DNA of 64,000 bases, taken from contig SMSO01000025.1 in assembly GCA_004764695.1 (NCBI GenBank), positions 1,860,001 to 1,924,000 on the forward strand. The letters run 5' to 3'. Origin of the DNA: Schizochytrium sp. TIO01 (taxonomy: Eukaryota > Protista > Bigyra: Labyrinthulomycetes). The notes beneath the pieces are model-generated. The model was not told where the DNA came from, made no database searches, and saw only the letters and a program-made list of their open reading frames with translations. This document shows, piece after piece, positions 1-14,382 of the stretch (the stretch's first letter is position 1; each line of letters starts with the position of its first letter). A program made the translations under genes and the position numbers.

Positions 1-299
1 TCGCCTCAAGGCCTTGCGCAGGTTCGCGCTGCCTCGGCGTCGTGCCGTTCGGGTTTTGCTTTCTGTTGCTGCCGCCCGCAAGCGAGTAGCGAGCGAGCGA
101 AGCTAGCTAGCTAGCGCTAGCTCTTCTTTAAATGTCGCACAGGAAAGTTTTATCGCGGTCTATACCGCATCCTTTTAAAACAAACTCCTCTTTCCCCTCA
201 CAGCTTTAAGAAGACCTTTCTCTGCCCTCAAAATTGGTATCAACAAACGCACCAAACCTCCTAACCCCCCGATATTTATGTTTTAAAGACGAGGGTCAT

Positions 300-403
300 A
301 GAGACAGAGACAGAGTCAGAGTCAGTGTCAGAGACAAAGTCAGAGTCAGAGTCAGAGACAAAGACAAAGACAAAGACAAAGACAAAGACAAAGACAAAGA
401 AGA
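300..403. repeat. Compound hexanucleotide repeat (AGAGAC/AGAGTC grading into AAAGAC)
   Basis: Tandem 6-mers read directly from the sequence. Confidence 0.9.
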
Positions 404-506
404 CAAAGCGAGAGAAAGGAAAAAGAGAGGGTCAAACCTCTTTTGCTTCTTATCACCAAAAGAAAAGAGCTCGTCCAGACAGAGAAAAGAGACGGAGATG
501 TACAAG

Positions 507-592
<86 letters not shown>
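507..592. repeat. (AAAG)n microsatellite
   Basis: Perfect tetranucleotide run. It generates the spurious KKER/FFLS ORFs in the track. Confidence 0.97.
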
Positions 593-593
<1 letters not shown>

Positions 594-3500
594 GCAAATG
601 TTTTATTTTACAGAATGAAAGGTGATGAAAAGGTGGAAAAAGAAGAACAGTCACTTAATGGAATGGAAAGAAAGACGTCAGACACGGGAAAGGCATGTCA
701 GAACGTAGTGGCTGCATCCATGCATCCATGCGTCCATCCATCCACCCATCGGTGGGTGGAAGCAGAGGGAGTGGGCGATGAGGGTCCTCTCCTCTCCCGC
801 ACGCACTGTCGTTGGCCGAAGAGGCAGTCTCAGGCGGCCTAAACTAAAACTAAGCGCGAGTGAGCGATGGGTTTCTTTCTTTCTTTCTTTCTTTCTTTCA
901 TCAGACTCCTTTGATCTAGAGATTTCCCCAAATGAAAGCGAGTTAAAGTAAGGGAAAGTAAAAAGGAAAGGAAAGGAAAGGAAAGGAAAGCCCTTGTTTT
1001 CAATGATTTATTTATTTGTTTATTTATGTAATCAATCATTCATTCATTCACTCACTCACTTACTCACTCACCTATCAATCAACTGCATCGACGCAAGATC
1101 GTCATCAAATCCTCGCAAAAGCGATCCAAACAAGCGTCACGCATCGTTCACTTAGAATAATAGCGCAGCACTGTTTCCCTCTCTGCTCCACATCCGCATT
1201 TCCTCGTGATTATCGTTACTACGCCGTCTTAGTTAGCATCTTCCCTTCACCTGCTGTTATTATTATTGTTATTATTACTTTCTTTTAAATTAAAGTAAAG
1301 AACTAACTCTAAGACTACCGTCATTTTACAATAAAAATATAAAAAAAAAACTAGTTTTTTTATAGTAATTGTAATTCTGGGACTCCAGCCAGGAGGAGAA
1401 TCCGCTCCAACAGCTGCAAATGATGCCTTCGGCCGCGCCTATCAGTGCGACTTCGCGGTATCTCTGCACGCAAAGCAGGTCCATGAGGAGGCAGCTTCTT
1501 CCTTCTCTTTATATATGCATACACTCATCGTGGCTCTCCAAAACTGGCCTCTCGGCTTTTTTACTTCATAGGGAGCAAGTGACTGACACCGGGTGGCTTC
1601 CTGATACGCCGGGACAGTGTCCCCACAGCTTTCTGTATATCATATAGACAGACCTATAACATGAGAATCCCACGATCGGCCTTTAGAGGGCGTAGTGCTA
1701 TCAATCGATCGATCATTCGATCAATCGATGCTGCGCTTGCATGAGTGAAAACTCGGGTCAATGCATATCACTCGCGGAGCCGATGAGAACCTCGCAAGAG
1801 GGTAGTGCGTGCGGCATGTATGTTTTGAAGCAGCATGTGTGAAGGCTGCGTTGGCTTGGTTTGATAGAGTTGGAGGAACCTTACTTGGAGTTCATCTCGA
1901 TCAGCTATGTGACAAGAACCAAATGAGGAAAATTTGCAAGATCTCAGACAGGCTCGGAGTGGAGAGCATTTTCCTCGCAAGCTCGACGTCGTCCTGCTAA
2001 GCTATACACAGCTCGAAGGCTTAATCAACAACTAATCAATCAATCGTCCATGCAAAAGCAAACAACAATAACTACAATCAGATGAAAGCGCCTGCTAAAT
2101 TGCCATCAGAACCGCCAGCGAACTATCCTCAAAATAATAATTAGAAATCAAAGTCAAAGTCAAAGCCAGAATCAAAGTCAAACCTAAAGCCAAAGCCAGT
2201 TAGTTATCGCCTGCATTTATCAATATATCATCAGCCCACCTGAAGAAGCTCCTCCCCAGCGGGTAACTTATAACTAACTCTACGAGCACTCCCAAAGCCG
2301 CTGTGAAGAATCGACGCCCAATGAAATGAAGAACATCTTTCCTAAGTCCACTTCAGGTCAATCTTGGATCGAGCCTCAAATCGAACGGACGCCGTGCATT
2401 TCTCGTTCCATATTACACTTACATACATACACATACACAGACATATATACTCTCGTCCATGCAATCAATCCGTACTGCATCGATAGTCCCAACCCCACAA
2501 GGCCAAGAGAGACACAGCCCGATACCAAGGACCTCCCTCAAATGCGTGTCCGCGTAGAGATCCCCGAACGAACTTATCTAAACCGCCAGAGCCGACCTGA
2601 TTTGATTGCTCGGGACTCGAAGATCGATCGACTCAGGATCAAGCATCGTCATAATTGTAAGCAACGCTGGGCTGGCACAATGCTGGCGTAAAGGCCCCCT
2701 TCTTACTGGCCGCCTTCGAGTCCATACCAAGATCATGCACGTTTATTCCCATCCGCATGCATGCAGTAAGTACCTAGGGTACCTCAGGAGGTTTCTCTCT
2801 TCGTTGTGGCACAGATACACTAAAACTCGTTAGTCGAGCGCCGATCAGTTTATTTATGAATGCGGCGATGAAAATTACAGATTACTCACTCACTTTCTTT
2901 CTTTCTGCATGTGTATGTATGAATGTATGTATGTATTTATGTATGTATGTATACTATATCATACGTCGTATATATATATCATATGTATGTATGCATAGGT
3001 ACCCATAGACCGATCAGTTGATCAGTTGTGGCGTTTCTGGGGTGCTGCGCTCCTTTAGGGCGCCCGCTGATTGATTGGAATTTCGGGCGGTGGACGGTTC
3101 GGCCGTAATTGAGGTGCCTCTCCCTTCTAAAGAAAGGGCTGCGGCACCTCGTCATGTTCCTGGCTGAGCAATCGCGCGAGTGAACAAGGTCTTTGGAATT
3201 GCTGACGTTGGTAGATCTTGCTCGACTTCTCAAAAGTTGGCTTTCTAGCTTACGATTCTTTCTTTGATTAAAATAAAATAAAATATCAATTAAAAATTAA
3301 TATTATTTTATTTTTTTAAACATAATAATAAAATGAAAACTGTATTGGAGCTGTTTTAGTACTTACTATCGATTTTTACTTCTTAAAGCAAATAGACATG
3401 TTTTCGAATCAAATGAAATGGGACAAAACGTCTCAAGGAATAAAAATAACTTGAAGAATGCTCTAAACTTGTGTGTTTTATAAGGTAATCAGCACTTTGC

Positions 3501-4866
3501 TCCTCTGCCGATCCCTGTACAACATGGATCGCAAACACGATGAGTAACGTCATAAACATTCGATTGTGCAAGCCTCAATTGGAACAACGGTCAAAGCTTT
3601 TTCATTTTATGACACACTCCCCGACATTTTGCAGCTTCCATCAGCGGGTGTCAGGAAACCTGTTCTGTGCAGCGTTGCTTTCCGATATCACAATCATACG
3701 TTTGGGACTGTTGATAGTCAGAACGCAGCCAAATGGGCAATCTCGGCAGCGCTTCCTCCATACATTGCGGAGTTGCACAATCAAGAAGTTCATCGATCAG
3801 TAAACTCAATTTCCACAACGTCAAAGATGGCACCACTTCTTTAAATGGGTCGCTTCGAATTGCAATTCGTCACTGTAAGTAAATCCACACAGCAACAAAG
3901 TAGGTACCTACCCAAAAGTGTGCTCCATTTCGAAACATGATAATCTGGCGCTCATGCCATGAAATCCAAGACTGGCAATTAATAAATTATGCATACACAA
4001 GTTTGCGTGCATACCAATCTCTGTTGCAAGCTCGCCTAGATCCAGGACTGTTCCCATATCCTCCTCGAATGTCCGATGGGTGGATTCCTGAAAGTTCTGC
4101 GCTCTACACATTCGCTTTGGCATCTTCAGGTCCATTAAAAAAAGTACCTAACCTGTGACGCGTGGATTTACCTATCGCCAAGTTTCTGCAAAGGCCAGCC
4201 AGCCTCAAGATAGCTAGCTACATAAGCTGCCTATCGCAGCCCCAGCTCTCAGCCACCAACATGTCTAATCACCGCAACGGCGTCTGATCCCTTTGCTCGT
4301 CTCCAATCAACGCCATCGCTTCTAAATGTACAGGCAAGAAAGATGCTCCTCCTCTCAGACCTCCTTCAGAACTGAGAACTGCCGTTCTCTGGCCATAGCA
4401 GGAGGTAGAAGTCAACTAATTAACAGCTAATAGAAACTAATTAACAGCTAATAGATCGTAGACAAGAAGAACGAACTGCTAGCAGATCATAGGCGCTGGA
4501 TAGGATGCCCAATTCCAGACGCCCCAGAGTGTCCTAAATTCGCTTTTCGAGACAGAAGGCGGGTCAGCAGCCAGCGCCAAGCCAAGTCAGTCAGTCAGTC
4601 AGTCAGTCAGGCCGGGAGCCAGCCTGCCTTGATAGAGACGGAGGGGCAGAGAGAGAGAGAGGAAGAGGCAGAGAGGGAGGCGAAGATCGCCGTCTCGGGC
4701 AGGCTCAGCGGAACGGAGACTCGCCTGGCAGCGGCGAAGAGGTGCCAAGGGAGAGGCCAAGAAGCGCTTTTGGCCATCGCAGAGACGCCGCCGAGAGCTC
4801 TCTTTTTCACAGCAGTAGTAGTGGTACTGATACTGATATTGGTAGTAGTAGCAATTGTAGTAGTGG

Positions 4867-5178
<312 letters not shown>

Positions 5179-5678
5179 ACTTTGGAATTCTCTGTTTATT
5201 TCCTTTGATAAGGACAGAAGATCATGAGAATGCGTCTGTTTTAGTTGATAGAGTGATAAATTGATAGAATGATAAATTGATAGATTGATTTATGGTAAAT
5301 CGATAGAATGATAGAATGATAAATTGATAGATAGTTTGATAGAGTGATAACTAGATTGATAGAGTGATAGATAGATTTGATTGAAAGGCTGTGCGGTCTT
5401 GCTTTATAGAGGAGGTACCGAGTAGGCAACGACTTACCAACCTTCAAGAAAAGCGGTTCCAACTGCCCTAGATTTGAGCGCTTTGCTTCAGGCTCGTAGC
5501 GCAACGAGAGAGGGCCTGCCTGACCACTCCAAGAAAGCAGGCTGGCTCTGGCCTCGTCCGTGGTCACGAAGCTGCCAGCCATGCTTCGGCTTTCGATGCT
5601 GCTGCTGCTGCTGCTGATCTCTAGATCGACGAGGTGTCGATCCAGCACGAGGAAGACTCTATCTCTTAGACCGATTGG

Positions 5679-5680
<2 letters not shown>

Positions 5681-5720
<40 letters not shown>
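5681..5720. repeat. (GATT)10 microsatellite
   Basis: Read directly from the sequence. Confidence 0.95.
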
Positions 5721-6090
5721 CCATTTGTCTATAATTCATTGTTTGCCTGTTCATCTATTTTAGAATTAATTTATATATTATTTAATTAGTTTTAAAATTA
5801 TTAATTCAATTAAATCTAATCTAATTTTTAAAATAAAATAGAATAAAATAAAAACGAGCGTTATGGATTGGCCATTTGACCAAAGAGAGGGACATTGAAG
5901 ATCTCGCCAGGCACAGCTTGGGACGAGTAGGTCCACGATATCGAGGCCGCTCCAAAGCCTGCCAGGGCCCCCTAATGGCGTCAGTGCCGCCCATCCACAA
6001 CGCCCGCGGTACAGCGCTTCTATTGGCGCCTCGCAACGGCAGCCTCTCTCGCGCCTTTTGTTTGTGCTACAGTAGTACAGAAGGCTGTGC

Positions 6091-6147
6091 ATTCATTCAC
6101 TCATTCATTCATTCATTCATTCATTCATTCATTCATTCATTCATTCA
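6091..6147. repeat. (TTCA)n microsatellite
   Basis: Read directly from the sequence. Confidence 0.93.
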
Positions 6148-9100
6148 TCACTTTCCGAAAGGAGGCGAAACGAGTTCTCATCCAATTTGCGTGCACAGGC
6201 GGTCACTAGTACTTCTTACGCACTTGCTAGGCACTTGCTTGCCGCGATCAAATGAATGATCAATCTTGGAACAACATCATCGCCGTCGAGGGTCCGCATC
6301 TCGAGCGATTGGGAGCGCCGCGTTCTCTTCAATCCGGTGGTTACTCGAATGAATCTTTCATCTCGAAGGCACGTTCCATTCATCAGCTGCTTTGCTTTGC
6401 TGCGAGAACGGTCATCGGGAAGAAGCACAAACCGAAGTATCAATCAATCGCTCAATATCGATCGACTTTTTCGATTTCGCTTTTAAAAAAAAAAATAGTT
6501 GATATCGTCATAAATAACTTGAAAACAGAGAAAGAAAGAAAAAAAAAAGAAAAAAAAGAGAGAGAGAGAGAGAGAAAGGAGATCTTGAAGGCTGACGTCA
6601 GCATCGATCAGCAGCAGAGAGAATTGCGGCGCACACCCGACCCGGCGAAACCAAAATGGCGGCTTCGTTCCGCGTTCCCGCTCGAGACAACCTCGACCCG
6701 CTTCGCTGTGAAACTGATACTCGCCTCTATCGCATCTATCGCATCTGACCCTGCGGCCAGCTGGCAAAAGCGGGCAGGAAGGGCTGGTCGATAGATAGAT
6801 AGATACGCTCTTCTTTCTGCTAATCTCGCCAGATGCCACCTTTCTTCGCGAGGGACAGACTCGCGATGTCCACGCTGCGCCTGGCTGTAAATGAAGAGAA
6901 GAATGAGCAGCGAGCCCAACGCGACATGGAAAGTCATTGAAGAAGCGCGAAGATGGTGGTCAGATCAGGCCTGAGCAAGCTGCTGTTTAAGCCGTGTGCG
7001 GCTTTCATATGCGACAGTGTGACTGTCTGTATATATTCGGAGCGATGTGATCAACGGTCGGTGTTCTCTTTTGCAAATGTGAATTAAATGAGTGATACTA
7101 TTTATTTTTAAAACTAAAGTAAAGAGCTTTTTCTTTAATTTTAAGTAAAATTGAATCCGCCATGTTCTTCATAATGGTTCATAATACAATTTATTAAAAG
7201 AAACTAAATATTAAATTAACTTAGCCTTTCTTTCTGTGGAGATCAACGTCACTGCTGTGTACAGTATGGACAACGCGAATAAAGGCGGCGACGTCGATGG
7301 CGGCTACGCCCGCGATGGAGGCGCGGAGAAGAGGCGGCGTGAAGTCAGCGGCCCGTGCGGACTCGCTGCTTCAAGGATAGCTGGAGGCGCGGTTTAGGCG
7401 AGCCAATGAACGAAAGAAAACATCAGACAAGATGGAGGACCGCTCGCTTCCTCGGAAGCGATGCGGAGAATGTACTTGTGTAAGTCCTTCGCAAGCAAGC
7501 CAAGCAAGCAAGCAAGCTAGCTAGCTAGCTAGATAGTGCAGCGAGAACCGCGGCTGTGCATACCAAGAAACAATCAGCCATTGCGCTGTGGAACCCTGCC
7601 TGATCTGCGCCTGTGAGGAAGTCTCGCGTGGTCGTCATGACGTGCAGGTAACAGCGAATGATCGTAGGAATCGATCGACCAATGTAACTTTGATCGTGTG
7701 GTGCAGGCGTGACGTATTTTCACAGGACAGATCCAAGTGCTCTGCGAGAAGGAAGAATAAGGAGTGAGTAAGCAAGCGAGCGAGCAGGCTCTAGCTAGGA
7801 ACGAAGCAAGATGGAGCTCGAGAGGCTTGATGCCGGGGATGTAAGGAGTTTTATCGCGGCAAGCCGCTGCGCTGGGTATTAGGGCAAGACTGTGTGCAAT
7901 TCAGCCGAGCGATCCAAAGCTTGATGGACTTGAGCACTGGATTCTGGGGCTTTAAGTTTTAGGCTCAACAAGTGGAAGAGTGGATCCCGAATGGAGAGCG
8001 TGTGTGCTGTGCTGAGTGGGAAATTGAGCCTCATTCGACTCGTCATGGAAAGCCGCACGATCTGTACGACCGACCTTGGATTTCGCCCAACCGCACAACG
8101 TCGACGCCGACACAAAAGGTAGGGACGTAGGTAGGTGGCCTGGTACATCTAGCACGCCAAGAAGTAAGTGCTGGATACTTATGTGGGCTTGAGTTTTTAC
8201 AAGTTAGAAAATTCTGAGAAGTTGCCTCGGACTACGGTAGTAAGAGGGGTCTAAATGAGGAATATTGTGAGTACTTTGAAAATGAGCAATTGGCATGCCA
8301 TATTGTGATTTGACATGTAACAAATTGTGGACCTTGCAGAAACAGCGATCGACACTTTTTCACAATCGTCACCAGCTGCCTCTGCATCGAATTGAAGGTA
8401 TCTGCGATGATCTTATATTCATTATTGTAGAACAAGAGTGGCACTTGCAAAGAATTGAGTACTTTGTTCTTGCAGGCAAAAGGTATTCCATTGCTATTTA
8501 GCTTCGGAGGGGGGCTATTTGAAACAGTCTTCTCATGAATCATCATTGATCTACCAGGGTAGCATTTTGAGTCATGGAGACTCTCTTTCTGGCAATCTTT
8601 CATGTTCCATCGAGTTACCATTTTCACTGGACAATAACAGGTAGAAAGATCTCAACCGGGAACAGGGGGGTACAATGGTGGCTTGAATGTCTGAGGCCAT
8701 CCAAGTCGGGCCGCCCAACTAGAACGAACTTCTGGGGTGTCGACTACCTACTTCGTTCTATACCAATTTTCCACATCACGAAAGCAATTCGCACGTCATT
8801 TCACATGGCAGAGTCCTGAGGGACGAAGCACTGCAGCCCAGAAAGTTCTTTTGTAGTTAGCACGCCTCGGTTGTAGTGGCCTAAATTCCTGATGTTTATG
8901 ATAAATAACCAGCGCCAGAAATTGCTTCAAGGCTTCTTAAAAGCTCGTCGGGTGTACGTACTTGCTTTCTTTTCAAACCACCACTTTGTAGAAGACCGTG
9001 GGTTATTAAACCTCCGGTCTGCTTTATAAATCTTCGATCCTTGTACATTCTTTTTATGGAGCAAATAATGCGAAACATTGCACCCTGGTAAAACAATTAA

Positions 9101-9849
9101 GATCTATTACGACGTATCTAGAGCTCGCCGATAAGTTGTCAAGATCTTGTTTGGCTTCTTTCTTTTTCATTTGAAGAAAAAAGGAAGGATTTTTTTTTAC
9201 GGAATTTCAATGTCGGACTTTCAGTAACGCCAGATTCTATAGCCTTGTGAGTATTAGGTCGGCCTTAGAACCCGGGAATACCCATTATGCACAAGAGACA
9301 CCCCGGGGCATTAGATTTGCCCATTAAAAGAAATAGATATTGAGGATCTGGCGATATACCACTCTTTCTGATTGAGTGTTGCAATCGATATGATAAGGCA
9401 AAATAGCTCTGAAGTAAAATGGATATAGTTCTAGACCTTGCATGCGCTGAGGCCTGGTAATGCAATAGAGTTGTACTGGATCTGCTTACAATCAAGCTCT
9501 CATTGTTCAAATCAAACAAAGTTTCATCTTCTGACTTTCTGTCATGTTGTCCCTCTTAGACCACGCTACAATTCGACAACGTCTCGAACACGAAATTCCT
9601 ATTTCAGTTGTGTTGGTTGAACCTTCAAGAACAACGCCTCCAAGCTAATCAAGCAATACTATTCTAGATTGTCATTACAACATTTACAACTTTAATATCG
9701 CAGAAATACAAGAATAAGCAGTAGTGGTTGATTTAGTAGATCAACATAATGCGACTTCAGCTATTTTATCAGTCATACTGCAACTTGTATACAAGGTCTT
9801 TCAAGGACGGAGAAAACTTTCAGGTTAGATTCTAAAATGTTGAAAATAT

Positions 9850-12800
9850 GTATCATTTCTGCGAGCTGTGATCATTAAGTGAAGGGCCTCACAGACAAAA
9901 CCTTGCTAAAGTCCTTGGGCCAATATAGGATTCGTATAAAATAATAACTTCACAACACGATGCATGCGAAAGGACTTAAGTGTATAGTGTACTCTTTATT
10001 CTCAGGAAGAAATATGTGGATCTAGTATTAATTAATGAGGGCAAGTGAAGTCAAAATTTACTTCTTCAGTTCTTTGAAGTGAAAATGAAGCCTATCTAGT
10101 CTGCCATATGATACACGAAGCAGTTTTAACTTGGAATTAATTTTCAGAATTAGCAAGTCACAATCTGCAAATGCTATGTATACAACTATCATAGGCTTTG
10201 AAGCACACTGCCTCCATCGCGCCAATCACGCTCTAGCTGATCAGAATACACATGTTAAACACAACTAAGTTTTGTATGGAAGTCTCATACGCACAGGGTA
10301 TAGCAATGACACATTAAAAACCTACGTAAGCCAACGTGCACCTAGCTGTAAGTGTGCGCATCTGAATTCATAAGATGGACATGTACAGGCTTTGAAGAAA
10401 TTGTAAATTTATGTAAGCAGCCTACTCCTTGCCAATAATTGAATACAGGTCATTGAAGAGAATCGTCAGAATAAATTTAGGCATCTCAGGACTTCGGAGT
10501 GGAGTCTAGCAAGGAGCAGAGAATAAGTAATTCATGATCCTAGAGTTAGTCCATCATCTGCGCTCCATCATAGCAATTAAGAGCTTTCTGAAAGTTTCAT
10601 ACAACACACTTCCCATAGGGTGTAAGCTTTTCGATTCATTGGGTATCAGCAATTCGTTGTATCATACAACATTTCCTGTCGATATATTTTATAACTTATT
10701 CGCTTTATCATAGTTATTCGGATTACTCAAATAGTGACACATTTGACTGTTCGTCATCTTGATTCCGACATTTGGGTGAACTTCCTCGTCTAAAGCGGTT
10801 CGTAATTTTGGTATCACGATGTCATCAATATGAAGTACCATGAGCAGACTTTTTCAAACGAACAAACATGACATCATAACTGATCTCTCCAATACACAAT
10901 TCTCAGGAATCGCTAAGAGATGATTCATTTACCTCTGTGGCGCACCTTGAGATCAGAATGAATTTATTTCAGTCTAGAACGCCATCCATTTTCAAGTCTG
11001 TTATGCCGTTGATGTTCTTAATGGACGAATACTCATCTTCCGGTATATGGGTGTACAGAAATGCAGTCGCAAAATCAAAAATGATAGCATCATATCTTCT
11101 CGTTAAGTGCTATAATTATTACGGCTCTAATGCTCATAGCATTAACGATTGGAGTTTACAAATTGAAGAGACTAAAGACATTAATAATGTCTAAGTTGTA
11201 GCCTTTCACTAAAACTATGCCTTTGGATATGTTCGAGGGTGATGATTACTTAACCCATAAATCTCGTGCCCATCATTTGTAATTCTCGGGTCTGTAGTCC
11301 GCGACTAATGGCTTATGACTGTCATTGCGCATGTGGTTTTGGCGGAATTCAAATGTTTTGAACACACACGGCGCTCCAAAATAATCGAAGTATCAAAGTG
11401 TCGTTCACGAGCTGACTTCTTGTTCCGTATTGAAGCGGTGTGATTGGTAAGCACCCTTAATATACACGGCCAGTATTTCAGATCTAGTAAATCTATAGAA
11501 TCAGATCGAATGAAGACCAAGGCCGAGGGCTTAGTTTGGCCATCAATATGGGTACATATCAGAAACCAGAAATCGAGAGTGAATTAGATATGGGTGGTTT
11601 GTCGTTGACTCAGGATGCAATATATGTGTCATTCATTATCCAGATGCGCTATTGTGGAACTATAAATTAGTAAAGACTAAGACTGTGAACAAGAGTGCTG
11701 CAAAAGATTTGATGGTTTACATTGTAGAGAAAGGAGTTGTGGACGTTTGGTACGTTTCTGCCGCCTGGGTTTTAAGTAAAATTGGTGTATCAAATCTGAA
11801 ATGGACTTCATCTGTTTAGACTATAGTACGATAGTAACCTTTGAACATTTGCTGTGCTGAGGTCGCCAATCAAAGGGCTTTGTGAATAAGATAGTACCTG
11901 AGTCTTTGCCAAACTATTAGATATCCTAAACTATCAGTACTTGTATATGATGAGAACTAGACTATCAAATACAATTGCGGGAAGCCAAAGCGATTTTAGA
12001 GATGAAAGTGCCCTACATAATTAAGTGAATGCATAAAGGCAAAACCTGAAGTGGTACTACAGGAGGCTTAAACCCATTATAGTATGAGTAATACGGACTG
12101 AGTCACTCTTTGTCTCTTTATTGGAATATCCATCTCCAAGGTGAGCAGACCGCTAACGAAATAAGTTTCCGCCATTGAAAACCTTCAGCATGCATTCTAA
12201 GCATCTTCTCATTCAGCTTTTAAATCTTTGGAGATTAAGTTTTGGTGACTTAGTTATATCCATAGGACATCAGAAACCTTGTGCCAATGCTCTGCAAATC
12301 TTTGGTGATGCCTGTTTTATTCAATTGACGGATCAAGCATCACACAAATGAACTAGCTTTCTGACGCCATCGTTAAAGAAATACTTGTGCAGAGTCACTA
12401 TTAGTGCTGATGGAGGCAAAGTTTTAAAAGAGGTGAATTTGCTTCTGTTCAGGGGCATGAATAAAATAAGAGTGTAGTAAAGATCTGCGAGAGATAAGGT
12501 TTAGACGCAAGAAATCGAGACGGAGATTTGTGGAAAGGTTTGAGTTTGTGCAAGCGATGTTGTCCACTTGCTTAGTTTCCACAAACAAAGCATATTAATG
12601 CCATTGTATTTTAGGTTAAGATGGTATTATCATATTGTTTTAAGAGATTTGCTGGCCCAATACTATGCGAGAAAAGTAGCTTGCTATATATGAAAGCCTA
12701 CCAGAGCCCATGATCATTCGCAAACTATTAAATTAAGAGCGACAATTGTAATTTATAAGATAAGATACAATTATTGCGAAAAATTAGTATTGTCTAACTT

Positions 12801-14007
12801 GATGGAATGCTTTTGATTCTGCTGATCCGTACTAGTTTATGTTGGATTTCTAGATTGTGCTGCACATTACAAGCCAAAAGAGGTAATTTGTTTGCTCCTT
12901 CAAATAGACAGACCGTCATCAAACAGTTTATCAATACAAAAGACCAGAAACCATCATTGGATAATAGAGCATAATCATATTGAATCCTTCGTTCGGAATA
13001 CAGAACGGCAAGGTGTTCTCGACAATTTTAATAATAACCTTATTCCTGCTTGCATTGCTACAACAGAGAGAAGATGCTGACAAGAAATAAATAATTGGAG
13101 GGACGTATACGCCTCGCACCTAAATAATGTTGTGCCGCACGCGAACCTCGAAAGGAGAGAGGTTAATGCTTGAGTATTGGAAAAAAAAAGTTGCAATACA
13201 ACATTGAATTTACCCCTGCACTCTTGTAACATTGTATACATTTACAAAAAAGAGAGTTTTGCAAGTTGAGTGTCATCATTAAGTTCATTTAAAACTCCAA
13301 GGAGGCTCTTTGTTCTATAGAAATTTAGATTCACTGTGCTAGTTGAGCGTCCAATATTCAGATCTTGGTTGCAAAAAATTCGCAATGATGACTTAAATGG
13401 GCTATTGAGTCTAAGGCTTAGACTTCAACAACAACAACAAGAGCAAATAATTTTCCCACCGACTGCCACAAACGCCTTTCTCGATAGACTACTAGAGAAA
13501 TACTTTCGATTTGGTAAGTTCTATCATGAAGCTTGGCTAAAGATTCTGCAGTCAAGATGACTGCCTTGGCCGATCCATCATCAATCAGAAAATTTTGCGG
13601 AAAGGATGGAGAACTGAGTATCAGCACCGCTCTCTCACTATTCAGAGGTACTCTTATGAAAAGTCTCTTTCCTAAAACCTCATGCTATTCAATAGAAATA
13701 ATTTTCAGAACCGTTAAACGTTGTACCTAGGAAAGCAGGGACTGCGTCAAGACCTTGGAGTTCTTACCCTGGTAGGTTCAGCGTTCTCTCTCCGCCCTCG
13801 GACTGGTTGTGTCTCGCATTTTGTCACTCCACCCGTGATATTATCCAGCAATCTTCGCTAAAGAAGGCTTTCTCGCTCTCTCGGTATTCATAGTCAGTCA
13901 GTCATTGTTCTCTATTCAGCCAGCCTGCTAGAGCGTCTGCTTCTCCTTAGTTGGCTGGTCCTGAAGGTGCTGCTACGCCAACCGCATTGTATCGATCAGC
14001 TGTAACA
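9850..14007 (-). mobile_element. Decayed Ty1/copia LTR retrotransposon (integrase-RT-RNase H relics)
   Basis: Hand translation of the minus strand gives copia motifs in copia order (integrase before RT). Integrase: FNGGNL (~12162-12179, cf. SDNGGEF) and SPYYSYYNG (~12073-12099, cf. PYTPQQNG). RT: LVKGYN (~11195-11212, cf. KARLVAKGY), FDFATAFLYTHIPEDEY (~11029-11079, cf. MDVKTAFL) and LERSVMMSCLFV*KSLLMVLHIDDIVI (~10812-10893, cf. DPCLF...LYVDD). RNase H: AFADCD (~10157-10174) and QLAEMI (~9851-9868, cf. QLADIF). Many stops and frameshifts; boundaries approximate. Confidence 0.82.
13770..14007 (-). repeat. Putative 5' LTR of the copia relic
   Basis: On the minus strand it begins TGTTA and ends TACCA (TG...CA, imperfect terminal inverted repeat), upstream of the gag/pol relic. 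It is followed by GGGTAAGAACTC, 8/12 similar to the GGTTATGAGCCC internal-tRNAiMet PBS type. No matching second LTR was seen. Confidence 0.3.
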
Positions 14008-14382
14008 CGCTCTGTGCTCAGCTCATGAGAGACTGTACCGAACAGAAGAGCCTCGCTTTTCTTCGAGTGCACACCAACACCAGTGTATTAGATTATTCAG
14101 TGAAAAGTGCAACTTACAGGTGGAAGAACGGCCGAGAAACCTCATGCTAATTATTACAGGGTATCTAGAACTGAATAGTACTATCTCACTAGTAGAAAAG
14201 GGTAGCAGGTAGGTACCACTACTGAATATCAAATTAATGGTAGTTTTCTTTAAATTTAAAAAGATTAAATCTATCATAGAATATTATCTACAAAGAACAA
14301 GAGAAGCAGAATAATTCATTAAAAAAAATAAAGTAGAAAAAAAAAAGCCAAAACTATTATATTTTTAATAAATTCAATTTTT

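Noticed and set aside
234-842. 202-aa K/E/R-rich ORF and overlapping ORFs
   Set aside because: They are products of stop-free hexa- and tetranucleotide repeats with a non-ATG start and no domain signal.
4415-4456. Short tandem duplications (21-mer x2 here; 24-mer x2 at ~28829-28876; 10-mer x4 at ~48345-48383)
   Set aside because: Simple local slippage duplicates with no spacers, so not CRISPR-like arrays.
7840-8201. Solo LTR call
   Set aside because: Only 5-bp terminal inverted ends support it. The flanks (GGGGA / AGTTA) are not a TSD and there is no second copy in the window, so it is kept only as a low-interest finding.
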